In this document: positions 1-9,077 of the stretch, one piece after another
Numbering within the stretch: position 1 is the first letter of the stretch
How the letters are laid out: each line of letters starts with the position of its first letter
Source: a virus
Lineage: Duplodnaviria > Caudoviricetes
Direction: 5' to 3' (one strand)
Virus record (IMG/VR): IMGVR_UViG_3300005611_000153
Location: 1-28,703 of that record
Length of the DNA stretch: 28,703 nt
Program-made: the position numbers and the translations under genes
The notes under the pieces: generated by a model
Told to the model about the DNA's origin: nothing
The model's database searches: none
What the model saw: the letters and a program-made list of their open reading frames with translations, nothing else

Positions 1-115
1 ACATCAGGGCGATAAAATAAAAGACATCAGGGCGATAAAATAAAAGACATCAGGGCGATAAAATAAAAGACATCAGGGCGATAAAATAAAAGACATCAGG
101 ACGGCAAAATAAACA
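1..115. repeat. 23-bp tandem repeat ACATCAGGGCGATAAAATAAAAG: four exact copies (1-92) plus one degenerate copy; may extend beyond the window edge
   Basis: Units start at 1, 24, 47 and 70; the unit at 93 diverges after ACATCAGG; no spacers. Confidence 0.95.
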
Positions 116-297
116 ACGATTAACGGGGCAACGGCTAAGATCAGCGGGGCAAATACGATTAAAAGCGGTCAAGGTACCCTAGACAATAGAGGCTAAAAAA
201 TGGCTTAAAATAAGGGATTATTAAAAAATTTCCCGTGATCCACGGCATTTGGCTACGCAGGCAAGGGCTAAGTTTTTCACAAACAATTATAAATAAT

Positions 298-325
298 TTG
301 ATATAGTCGTTAACTATATTATAAT
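298..325 (+). promoter_or_regulatory. Candidate sigma70-type promoter for terL with a palindrome across the spacer
   Basis: TTGATA (298-303), 16 nt, TATAAT (320-325); inverted repeat ATATAGT-N5-ACTATAT (301-319); a second TATAAT at 341-346. Confidence 0.45.
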
Positions 326-367
326 AAACCACAAATCGCATATAATTTTTAGCTAAGGGACCCCTAC

Positions 368-1822
368 ATGGATGGTAGAATACAAGACGAAAGGATCCTC
401 AAACTCGAACTAAGACTAGCTCAGCTAGAAAAGAACGAGGAGTGCCAAAATACATTTTTAAGTTTTGTAAAAAGTATCTGGCCGAGCTTTATTCAAGGAA
501 GACATCACGAAATAATTGCAGAAAAGTTAGAAAGAGTTGCTCGTGGGGAATTAAAAAGATTAATCATCAATATGGCACCCCGACACACTAAGTCTGAGTT
601 TGCATCCTTTTTGTTTCCTGCGTGGATGATGGGCCGTAGCCCGAACATGAAGATCATTCAAGCGACACACACGACAGAACTTGCTGTTAATTTTGGTAGA
701 AAGGTCAAGAACCTTATTGAAACAGATGAGTTTAAGACGGTATTCCCAGATGTGAGCTTGGCGGTAGACAGTAAAGCGTCAGGAAGATGGGATACGAACA
801 AGGGTGGTATGTATTATGCGGTGGGTGTTGGCTCGAACTTAGCGGGTCGTGGTGGTGATTTAGTTATAATAGATGATCCTCACTCTGAACAAACGGCTAT
901 GAGTAACAATGGTTTTGAAGATGCGTGGGATTGGTACACAGGGGGTCCCCGACAGAGACTCCAGCCGGGTGGAAGTATTGTTGTGGTACAGACAAGGTGG
1001 TCAGAGAAGGACTTAACAGGTCAGTTGATCCGCTCAATGGCTAAGGATCCCCTAGCTGATCAATGGGAGATAGTAGAATTACCTGCTATTTTTGATAATG
1101 GTGAGCCTTGTTGGCCCGAATATTGGAGTTTGGACGATTTAACGGCTGTAAAAGCGTCTATTCCGCCTAGTAAATGGAATGCTCAGTACCAGCAGAAGCC
1201 GACTGGTGAAGAAAATGCGATAATTAAGAGAGAATGGTGGAAGAGATGGGAGAAAAAGTCTGTTCCCAACCTACAATATGTTATTCAAAGTTATGATACG
1301 GCGTTTTCAAAGCGTGAAACGGCGGATTTTAGTGCTATAACGACGTGGGGTGTGTTTTATCCGGAGGAGGTAGGGGGTCAACCTGCTTTAATTTTGTTAG
1401 ATAGCATAAAAGACAGGTGGGATTTTCCTGAATTAAAGAAAGTTGCCCTAGAACAGTATAATTATTGGGACCCCGAGACAGTAATTATAGAAGCTAAGGC
1501 TACTGGTTTACCTTTGACGCACGAATTAAGGAATATGGGTATACCTGTTGTTAACTTTACACCGAGTAAAGGTAATGATAAGGTGTCTAGATTGCATTCT
1601 GTATCTCCTTTGTTTGAGGCAGGGATGGTTTGGGTCCCTGACGAAACTTTTGCAGATGAGATGATAGAAGAGGTTGCAGCTTTTCCAAATGGAGAGTATG
1701 ATGACCTTGTGGATAGCATGACACAGGCCTTAATGCGTTATCGGCAGGGTAATTTTGTACAGTTGCCGACAGATGATTGGGAAGAGGGTGATGGGTCAGC
1801 TCAGGTAAGAGCTTATTATTGA
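368..1822 (+). CDS. terL: Terminase large subunit
   Basis: Walker A-like INMAPRHTKS, Walker B LVIIDDPH, VVQTRW coupling motif, RNase H-like nuclease QSYDTA...DFSA and YDDLVDSMTQAL. Confidence 0.96.
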   Translation: MDGRIQDERILKLELRLAQLEKNEECQNTFLSFVKSIWPSFIQGRHHEIIAEKLERVARGELKRLIINMAPRHTKSEFASFLFPAWMMGRSPNMKIIQATHTTELAVNFGRKVKNLIETDEFKTVFPDVSLAVDSKASGRWDTNKGGMYYAVGVGSNLAGRGGDLVIIDDPHSEQTAMSNNGFEDAWDWYTGGPRQRLQPGGSIVVVQTRWSEKDLTGQLIRSMAKDPLADQWEIVELPAIFDNGEPCWPEYWSLDDLTAVKASIPPSKWNAQYQQKPTGEENAIIKREWWKRWEKKSVPNLQYVIQSYDTAFSKRETADFSAITTWGVFYPEEVGGQPALILLDSIKDRWDFPELKKVALEQYNYWDPETVIIEAKATGLPLTHELRNMGIPVVNFTPSKGNDKVSRLHSVSPLFEAGMVWVPDETFADEMIEEVAAFPNGEYDDLVDSMTQALMRYRQGNFVQLPTDDWEEGDGSAQVRAYY

Positions 1823-1829
1823 GGTGAAC

Positions 1830-2348
1830 ATGGCTGAAAGTGTAGTACGCAACGCAAACAAAAACATTCCTATTTTTGACAGTAGTACGGATTATGGTGA
1901 TCAGTATTTAATGGATAACCAGAATATAGATGATATGGGTCCTGATGAAATCATAAGGATGTTAGAAGAGGATCCTTATGCGTTGGACCCTTTAGATCAA
2001 GACACAACAAGGGCTCCTGAAGAATTTGCGGAGCCGATGGATGAATTAAGAAAAAAAATTTTAGAGTTCGATGGTAGCGAATCAGAAGGCGGATTGGCTG
2101 ACGCTCCTTTAGGTGGTATAGATTTGTTAAACACGAACTATGTCAAACCAAAGTATATACCTTTGGAATATGGCGGGGCCCCCGGCATTGAAAGGATAAT
2201 GAAAAAGACAACTGTTGAAATGCAAGAGGTTCCTGCTGACAGGAACATGTTGGTAATGAACCGGATTATGAAACAAGGCGGTGTAACCCAATCCCGCGAC
2301 CCACGGCTCATGGCCCAGTTAGCACAGGTTCTTGGAAGAGATGGCTAA
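1830..2348 (+). CDS. Acidic hypothetical protein with several xxxGG motifs
   Basis: GAGGTG RBS before ATG 1830; overlaps the next gene; SEGG, LEYGG, MKQGG. Confidence 0.8.
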   Translation: MAESVVRNANKNIPIFDSSTDYGDQYLMDNQNIDDMGPDEIIRMLEEDPYALDPLDQDTTRAPEEFAEPMDELRKKILEFDGSESEGGLADAPLGGIDLLNTNYVKPKYIPLEYGGAPGIERIMKKTTVEMQEVPADRNMLVMNRIMKQGGVTQSRDPRLMAQLAQVLGRDG

Positions 2349-4758
2349 GGATCAACAAAGTTATAGAGATGTTTTATCTCGTTTAGAAGCTAAGGACAAA
2401 AAAGGTACTTCCATAGAAGATGCGTATGATGCTTTATCTTTTTTACCCGGCACGGGTGAAGCTATAGCGGCATACGAGCTGCCGGAAGTTTTGTCTCAAA
2501 GCGGTAAAATGATTTCAAGCGATGATTTTGTAGAAGCAGCAAAAGGTACTGGTCTGGCTACTTTAGGTGTTGCAAGTATGTTACCTATTGTGGGTCCTGC
2601 GGCCAAAGCAGCTAGAAAAGGTCTTGAAGGTTTTATACCTTATTTGGGACCCAAGACAGCTGTAGCTGGGGGCCCTGACATAGACCCTAACATTATGAAG
2701 ATGGAAGGTGATACGTCAGGTGTGTCTGCTGTCCCTGACGATTTAAATTTAGGCTCTGGCAGTTTGTTTGCACCAGAAAGTAAGAAAAACAGACGTTTAT
2801 TGGTTTTATCTTGTAGTGACACAAAATGTCCTGATGTTGGGGATAAAGAAGCGATTGACCGTTATCTGGGGCCCGTGTTTCAAAGTTTAAAATCAATGGG
2901 TGTCCCTTCGGATGTTGACGTAGCTATAATGTCTGCCAAACACGGATTGATAAGGGCAGATACTCCTATAGAAAATTATAATGACAAGATGAGCCCTAAG
3001 AAAGCAGAGTTGTTCAAGCAAGATGCTTCTCAAATGAATAGAATCAGAAATACTTTAGAGGGCTATGATAATGTTATTGTTCAGGGAGGTAAGGATTATA
3101 AGGATGTGATACAGGCGGCAGTGGGGGATGCTAAAATAACTGAAGTTCCCGGCGGTCGAGGTATTGGAGACCAAAGAAAAGATATGAAAGAAGCTGTTGC
3201 TTTTGGTAAGATAGATACACCTGTGTATCATTTTTCCCGTAACACGGACCCTGGTTTTACTAAGTTTGATCCAGACAAAGCCCCGGCTGCCTTAGACGGT
3301 CTTGGTATACATGTAGGATCCACCCCTAAAGCTGCTGAAGATAGGTTTATGGATTTAACTTTTGGTTTTGGTGGAAGACTAAACGCAAGAAATTTAGCTA
3401 AAGAAAAGGGTATTGATTACGACATTGCCATAGGACAAATGGGGTTACCTAATGTTGAAGGTAATGTAGGCTATCAAAAAATAGGCTCTGGTCAATTTTC
3501 ACTACCTATACCAAGAAAAACTTTAGGTGGATCTATACCTTTAAAAGCAGACCTAAGTAAACCTTATATACCCGAAGGTAATTTCAAAAGAAGTCAAGAT
3601 CCGAAACAATGGCAAGAAAATGAGCTAACAGATCATCTTTTAGATAAGTATAATGAAGATCGTGGAACAACCTTTACTATGCAAGATTTGGTCGGAGACA
3701 AACCAAACTTTCCTTTTGGGGACTTTCGTAAGTTTATAGGAGAGTTTCGCAAAGATTTATCAAAAGAAGGTTTTACGCATCTTCCGTATTATAATGATGT
3801 AGAAGATGTAGCGTCTACCTCATATATAATGTTGACAGACAGACCAAAAGGCAGCACTAAAGTATTACAAAGCCCCTTTGCTAAGAAAGATCCTAAAAAG
3901 TTTGATGATCCTGACTTTATGATGGAGGATGGCGGCGTCGTCAGTTTGAAAGACAAAGCAGTAAACATGAACCGCGGCCCACGGGGCATAGAGCCTTACA
4001 TTCAATATATGAAGTCTGGAGGGGAGCCTAAGTATGAGCAAGGCCAAGATTTAGGTGATGTAGAAATGAGAGCAGCTTTAGAGCCTTATTTGTACGGAAA
4101 CCCCTTAGCTAGACTAGGTTATGAGTTGTACAAAGAAGGTAAAATAGATCTTGAAGGTGTTGTGTTAGATTCTAAGGGATCTCCGAGTACCTATGGACTT
4201 TTCTCAAAAGACAGGGGTGAGATTGGATATATTGCGAATCAAAGAGAAGATGCTCCTGACCCTTTAAGAATTTTAACACATGAGTTGGCACACGCTGCGG
4301 TAGGCTATATAGAAGGAGAAAATAAAGAAGGAAAACCAGGATTTAATAAATATGGTAATGTGGACTATGAAGAAAGTATGGTTAGAGGTGGCGATGTTTT
4401 AATTGATCGAAGAAGTCCTTCAGGAGAGAAACTAGCTCAAAATTATTTTGGAAGATTAAATCCTACCACAAAAGATATGAAAAAATTTATGAATGTTTCT
4501 AAGGTTGCTCAAGAAGCTTTAGATGAAAAAGGGTTACCTCCTGAAGCTATAGCAGAAGGAGATACAGGTTTTTATGGTACGTCTGGAAATAGATTATTAA
4601 GTAATACAGATAAATTAAGAAGATTTTTTCTTATGGATCCTCAAAGGAATGTAAACAATTATTTAAATCTTACTGGAGAAGATATACGGAAAGCCGAGGG
4701 CGGCGTAATAGGCTTAAAGGACAAGGCTGTTAAAATGCACAGAGATATGATAAGATAG
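2341..4758 (+). CDS. Multidomain polyvalent/toxin-like protein: PT-TG-like, DUF6884/YaaA-like, ART-like and HExxH metallopeptidase modules
   Basis: DALSFLPGTGEA...LPIVGPAAKAARKG; LVLSCSDTK...RYLGPVF...IMSAKHGLI...NYN...GIGDQ; VYHF...FTKFD...GIHVG...GFTHLPYYNDVE...SYIML; LTHELAH...EE. Confidence 0.7.
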   Translation: MAKDQQSYRDVLSRLEAKDKKGTSIEDAYDALSFLPGTGEAIAAYELPEVLSQSGKMISSDDFVEAAKGTGLATLGVASMLPIVGPAAKAARKGLEGFIPYLGPKTAVAGGPDIDPNIMKMEGDTSGVSAVPDDLNLGSGSLFAPESKKNRRLLVLSCSDTKCPDVGDKEAIDRYLGPVFQSLKSMGVPSDVDVAIMSAKHGLIRADTPIENYNDKMSPKKAELFKQDASQMNRIRNTLEGYDNVIVQGGKDYKDVIQAAVGDAKITEVPGGRGIGDQRKDMKEAVAFGKIDTPVYHFSRNTDPGFTKFDPDKAPAALDGLGIHVGSTPKAAEDRFMDLTFGFGGRLNARNLAKEKGIDYDIAIGQMGLPNVEGNVGYQKIGSGQFSLPIPRKTLGGSIPLKADLSKPYIPEGNFKRSQDPKQWQENELTDHLLDKYNEDRGTTFTMQDLVGDKPNFPFGDFRKFIGEFRKDLSKEGFTHLPYYNDVEDVASTSYIMLTDRPKGSTKVLQSPFAKKDPKKFDDPDFMMEDGGVVSLKDKAVNMNRGPRGIEPYIQYMKSGGEPKYEQGQDLGDVEMRAALEPYLYGNPLARLGYELYKEGKIDLEGVVLDSKGSPSTYGLFSKDRGEIGYIANQREDAPDPLRILTHELAHAAVGYIEGENKEGKPGFNKYGNVDYEESMVRGGDVLIDRRSPSGEKLAQNYFGRLNPTTKDMKKFMNVSKVAQEALDEKGLPPEAIAEGDTGFYGTSGNRLLSNTDKLRRFFLMDPQRNVNNYLNLTGEDIRKAEGGVIGLKDKAVKMHRDMIR

Positions 4759-4774
4759 CCAAAAGGAGAGTTAC

Positions 4775-7192
4775 ATGGCAAGAGAACCAATAGGCAGCAT
4801 GATGGAAAATGTACCATCTCAGCTGGACGAAGATGAATTAGCTGCTGAAGTAGAGATAGAGATGCCAGACAGTCTTGACATGGGTCCTATCCCAGAAGAC
4901 GTAGAAATTATGGAAGAAGATGATGGAAGTGTTATCGTTGATTTTGAGCCACGGGATCAACGAGGCACGACTGAAGACTTCTATGCTAACTTAGCTGAAG
5001 AGATGCCTGATGGGTTACTTGGCAGACTTGCGAGTGAATTAACAGGTGAGTTTGATGAAAACAAGAGTGGTAGACAGGAGTGGGAAGATGCTTTCGCCAA
5101 TGGTTTGGAATTACTTGGGTTTAGCTACGAGGAAAGATCACAGCCATTTAGAGGCGCAAGTGGGGTTACTCACCCGCTTTTGGCGGAATCGGCAACGCAG
5201 TTCCAAGCCCAAGCCTTCAATGAGTTGTTGCCCCCAACTGGCCCCGTGCGAACTACTGTGCTTGGATCGAGCACTCCTGCAAAAGAAGATCAAGCTCAAA
5301 GAGTAAAGGAATTTATGAACTACTACATAACTTGTGTTATGGAAGAGTATACACCTGAACTGGATCAGATGTTATTTTATTTACCGTTAGCGGGTAGTAC
5401 GTTTAAGAAAGTTTATTATGATGAGAACTTAGAAAGAGCTGTCAGTAAGTTTGTTCCAGCTGAGAATTTGATTGTACCTTACAACACCACGGATCTGGAA
5501 ACTTGTCCTAATATCACACAAGTTTTAAAATTAAGTTTAAATGATTTGAGAAAGCGTCAAGTTTCTGGATTTTATAGGGACATACCTGTGATACCTGCTC
5601 AAAACGAATCAGGAAGTTTAACTGAGGAGATTGAACGCATTGATGGTATGTATCCATCTCAGATAGATTATAACTGTACTTTATTAGAATGTCATGTTGA
5701 TTTAGATCTTGAGGGTTATGAAGAGACAGACGAGGACGGTGAGCCGACAGGCATCAAAGTTCCCTATATTGTCACTATATCACAAGATAATGGCCAAATT
5801 CTATCGATTCGCAGGAATTACAGAGAAGACGATAAGAAAAAAGCAAAGATACAATATTTTGTACATTACAAGTTTCTTCCGGGATTTGGTTTTTACGGAC
5901 TAGGACTTATTCATACCATTGGTGGTCTTTCGCGAACCGCGACTGCTGCACTAAGGCAGTTGATAGATGCAGGTACATTATCGAACTTACCAGCAGGGTT
6001 CAAGGCCCGCGGCCTACGGATCAGGGATGATGATGAGCCTTTGCAACCGGGAGAGTTTAGGGATGTAGATGCCCCCGGTGGTGATATAAAAGCGAGTTTA
6101 ATGTCTTTACCTTTCAAAGGTCCTGATCAGACTTTAATGAGTTTATTAGGTTTTGTAGTCGATGCTGGACAGCGATTTGCTACGATTACAGACTTAAAGG
6201 TTGGTGATGGAAATCAAAATGCAGCGGTAGGAACGACTATAGCGATGTTGGAACAGGGCTCACGGGTCATGTCTGCTGTACATAAGCGTTTACATTATGC
6301 GATGAAGATTGAGTTTAAGTTGTTATCTAAGGTTATGTCAGAGTTTTTACCTGACGAATATCCTTATAGTATAACAGGTGTTGATAGCAGTATTAGACGG
6401 GAAGATTTTGATGACAGGGTAGATGTATTACCTGTATCTAATCCGAATGTTTTTAGTCAGGCCCAGCGCATATCTTTAGCTCAAACTAAAATGCAGTTAG
6501 CTACAGCAGCTCCTGACATGCACAACATGTATGAGATTTTTAGAGACATGTACGAGGCGCTGGGCGTAAGGGATATAGATAGGATTTTGAAACGCACACC
6601 AGAGCCGGAGGCTATACCGAAGGACCCAGCTCAAGAGAACATAGATGTTTTAGATCAAATTAAACTAACAGCTTTTGAAGGGCAGGATCATGAGGCGCAC
6701 ATAATGGCGCATATGGTTTTTGGATCCACACCTCTAGTCGCTCAATCTCCACAAATGGCGGTAGCCCTTCAAAAACATATAATGGAGCATGTTAAGATAG
6801 GAGCTCGTGAGAGGGCTGCGGTTGACTTGATTCAAGCCGGTGGTGGTCAGGCTTTATCAGAAGAGCAGATGATTGATATAGAAGCTAAGACAGCTCAATA
6901 TGTAGCTGAAGGTATGTCGCAACTAAAAGCTCTAAGTGGTCAATTAAGTGGTCAGGGTCCTGATCCATTAGTTCAGTTGAAAGAGAAGGAGTTGCAGGTG
7001 AAAGCGCAGGCTGAACAGAATGACGCTCAGATAGACAGGGCTAAACTAGGTCTTGAAGAGCAGAAAGTACAGCAGAGGGACGATCAATTCCAGCAAAGAC
7101 TACAAAGTCAAGAAAAAATAACACAGGCTAGGATTGATTCTGCGATGCAGAGAGAGTTACTGAAACAACAGAACAATCAAGGAGGTCAATAA
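4775..7192 (+). CDS. Portal protein
   Basis: 805 aa after terL; HPLLAESATQFQAQA, GSTFKKVYYD, GFGFYGLGL; Q-rich coiled-coil C-terminus like the P22-type portal barrel; AGGAG RBS. Confidence 0.9.
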   Translation: MAREPIGSMMENVPSQLDEDELAAEVEIEMPDSLDMGPIPEDVEIMEEDDGSVIVDFEPRDQRGTTEDFYANLAEEMPDGLLGRLASELTGEFDENKSGRQEWEDAFANGLELLGFSYEERSQPFRGASGVTHPLLAESATQFQAQAFNELLPPTGPVRTTVLGSSTPAKEDQAQRVKEFMNYYITCVMEEYTPELDQMLFYLPLAGSTFKKVYYDENLERAVSKFVPAENLIVPYNTTDLETCPNITQVLKLSLNDLRKRQVSGFYRDIPVIPAQNESGSLTEEIERIDGMYPSQIDYNCTLLECHVDLDLEGYEETDEDGEPTGIKVPYIVTISQDNGQILSIRRNYREDDKKKAKIQYFVHYKFLPGFGFYGLGLIHTIGGLSRTATAALRQLIDAGTLSNLPAGFKARGLRIRDDDEPLQPGEFRDVDAPGGDIKASLMSLPFKGPDQTLMSLLGFVVDAGQRFATITDLKVGDGNQNAAVGTTIAMLEQGSRVMSAVHKRLHYAMKIEFKLLSKVMSEFLPDEYPYSITGVDSSIRREDFDDRVDVLPVSNPNVFSQAQRISLAQTKMQLATAAPDMHNMYEIFRDMYEALGVRDIDRILKRTPEPEAIPKDPAQENIDVLDQIKLTAFEGQDHEAHIMAHMVFGSTPLVAQSPQMAVALQKHIMEHVKIGARERAAVDLIQAGGGQALSEEQMIDIEAKTAQYVAEGMSQLKALSGQLSGQGPDPLVQLKEKELQVKAQAEQNDAQIDRAKLGLEEQKVQQRDDQFQQRLQSQEKITQARIDSAMQRELLKQQNNQGGQ

Positions 7193-7386
7193 TGGCTAAA
7201 GAAAGTGATAAAAGAACCGAGAAGGACTTGAGGAAAGAGTTTTTTGATGGTCCTGCCTCAGATTCCATGAGTTTTGAGCAATTTTTAATTAGAGAAGGTC
7301 ATGGAGACAAAGTCAAACCTGTAAAAATGGCTGATGGTGGAGAGGTTTACGCCCCAAACTCTGATTATTACAAAGATCTTTTATAA
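7192..7386 (+). CDS. Small hypothetical protein with KMADGG motif
   Basis: TAATG coupling to the portal gene; GGAGG RBS. Confidence 0.8.
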   Translation: MAKESDKRTEKDLRKEFFDGPASDSMSFEQFLIREGHGDKVKPVKMADGGEVYAPNSDYYKDLL

Positions 7387-7388
7387 CA

Positions 7389-7577
7389 ATGACCGCATTT
7401 ATTCTTGCATGTTACATGAATGGAGTTCTGCAGGGATCAATATACTTTAAATCGGTAAACGATTGCACATATTATAAAAAAATATTGAATAACCAAGAGT
7501 TTATAGAAGATAAAAAATATAATTGTATTTGTAAATTAGAGGCCACAGTCGATCCAAATAGAGTGAGGGTATATTAA
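7389..7577 (+). CDS. Small Cys-containing hypothetical protein
   Basis: 62-aa ORF packed between neighbours; four Cys. Confidence 0.7.
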   Translation: MTAFILACYMNGVLQGSIYFKSVNDCTYYKKILNNQEFIEDKKYNCICKLEATVDPNRVRVY

Positions 7578-7786
7578 TGATTACAGTTGAACAGTTTCTT
7601 AAATGGAAAATATTACCAAGATGTATGATGCTTGCTAGTACAGTCATGTCATGGAGATGTGCTGAATGGTTTATGCAGCTTGAAGTTCCTACAGCTGCTC
7701 AATCAGCCTTTGTATCGGTTGTTATGGGTGTAATGACAGGTGTGTTTGGTATATGGATGGGCCACGAACATAAGGATCATAAATAA
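7577..7786 (+). CDS. Small two-TM membrane protein
   Basis: Two hydrophobic segments; TAATG overlaps at both ends. Confidence 0.75.
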   Translation: MITVEQFLKWKILPRCMMLASTVMSWRCAEWFMQLEVPTAAQSAFVSVVMGVMTGVFGIWMGHEHKDHK

Positions 7787-8181
7787 TGTTAACAGCGTTG
7801 ATAGGACCAGTAACCAACTTAGTTGGTAAATTTATTGAAGATAAAGATGCCAAAAACAAATTGGCGCATGAAATTGCGACCATGGCAGAAAAACACGCTC
7901 AGGAGTTAGCCAAGGGTCAGCTAGAAATCAACAAGGCAGAAGCACAACATAAATCTATTTTTGTTGCTGGTTGGAGACCATTCATAGGTTGGACATGTGG
8001 TGTAGCACTGTGTTGGCATTTCGTATTAGCACCAGTAACTATATTCTTGTGTGCATATATCGGAGTGGCTATTCCAGAACTACCGACTTTTGATATGGGT
8101 AGCTTGATGACTGTGTTGATGGGGATGCTCGGACTTGGCGGTTTGAGATCATTTGAAAAGTATAAGGGATTAACGAAATAA
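7786..8181 (+). CDS. Holin, GTA 3TM-holin-like family
   Basis: FVAGWRPFIGW motif, hydrophobic helices, C-terminal GLGGLRSFEK. Confidence 0.8.
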   Translation: MLTALIGPVTNLVGKFIEDKDAKNKLAHEIATMAEKHAQELAKGQLEINKAEAQHKSIFVAGWRPFIGWTCGVALCWHFVLAPVTIFLCAYIGVAIPELPTFDMGSLMTVLMGMLGLGGLRSFEKYKGLTK

Positions 8182-8282
8182 TGATCCGCATAAATTTAGA
8201 ATTATTTAAATTTTTTAATAAGATCTCTAGTTATTTTTACAGAAAACATGTAACCGGGTTGAGACGTGCTCAAGGACGATAA
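8181..8282 (+). CDS. 33-aa basic peptide, absent from the ORF track
   Basis: TAATG overlap with the holin stop; MIRINLELFKFFNKISSYFYRKHVTGLRRAQGR. Confidence 0.5.
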   Translation: MIRINLELFKFFNKISSYFYRKHVTGLRRAQGR

Positions 8283-8427
8283 TATTTGTTATATTCATAA
8301 GATAGCTTTTCAAAAATATATTATTGAAGAACCAGTGCCTTTTGCAGGAATAATAAAATTTGTTGAATATAAATGCCCAGTGTGTCAAAGTAAGCCAAAT
8401 TATATAGAAGAATATACGATAGAATAA
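8266..8427 (+). CDS. 53-aa putative zinc-ribbon protein, absent from the ORF track
   Basis: GTG start; CYIH...CPVC metal-ligand pattern; fills the intergenic gap. Confidence 0.55.
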   Translation: MLKDDNICYIHKIAFQKYIIEEPVPFAGIIKFVEYKCPVCQSKPNYIEEYTIE

Positions 8428-8450
8428 GAAAATATTAGGTTTTTATAGAA

Positions 8451-8648
8451 ATGAATGAGATTTATCTTGCACAAGCTGTATTTAGGCTTATAAAAGAAAG
8501 AAGAGAAATTATTCGTGAGACGTTAGAGTTTGATAATGTAAAGGACATGATACATTACAAAGGTCTTATGGGTGAAATAAAGTCCTTAGATTTTTTAGAG
8601 AGTGAAATAAAAAATCTTTTAGAGAAGCAAGAACAAGAGGAAGTTTAA
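8451..8648 (+). CDS. Small helical hypothetical protein preceding GroES
   Basis: 65-aa ORF abutting groES. Confidence 0.8.
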   Translation: MNEIYLAQAVFRLIKERREIIRETLEFDNVKDMIHYKGLMGEIKSLDFLESEIKNLLEKQEQEEV

Positions 8649-9068
8649 ATGGAAACATCGGCAACAGAATTAAATGGGGCTTATGTAGACCCAAAAGATA
8701 GAGTCTTAGACCCTAGTTTAATTGAAAAAAGTTTAATAGACAGAATGCCTCAACCTACCGGTTGGAGAATACTTATTTTACCTTACAGAGGTAAGGGTAA
8801 GACAGAAGGTGGTATTCTATTACCAGACAAAATTGTAGAAGAAGGTCAGATTTCGACTCAAGTAGGTTATGTATTAAAGACAGGACCTTTGGCGTATAAA
8901 GACACAGAAAAGTTTCCGGCAGGACCGTGGTGCGCGGAGAAGGATTGGGTAATGTTTGCCCGATATGCAGGATCTCGCTTTAAAATAGACGGCGGAGAAG
9001 TCAGAATTTTGAATGATGACGAGATTTTAGCGAAAATTATGGACCCCGAAGACATTTTACATTATTAA
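8649..9068 (+). CDS. groES: Phage co-chaperonin GroES/Cpn10
   Basis: PTGWRILI, mobile loop KTEGGILLP, VMFARYAG, ILNDDEILA. Confidence 0.92.
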   Translation: METSATELNGAYVDPKDRVLDPSLIEKSLIDRMPQPTGWRILILPYRGKGKTEGGILLPDKIVEEGQISTQVGYVLKTGPLAYKDTEKFPAGPWCAEKDWVMFARYAGSRFKIDGGEVRILNDDEILAKIMDPEDILHY

Positions 9069-9077
9069 GAGGTAATT

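Noticed and set aside
1-115. CRISPR array
   Set aside because: Repeats are directly adjacent with no spacers, and no cas genes are present
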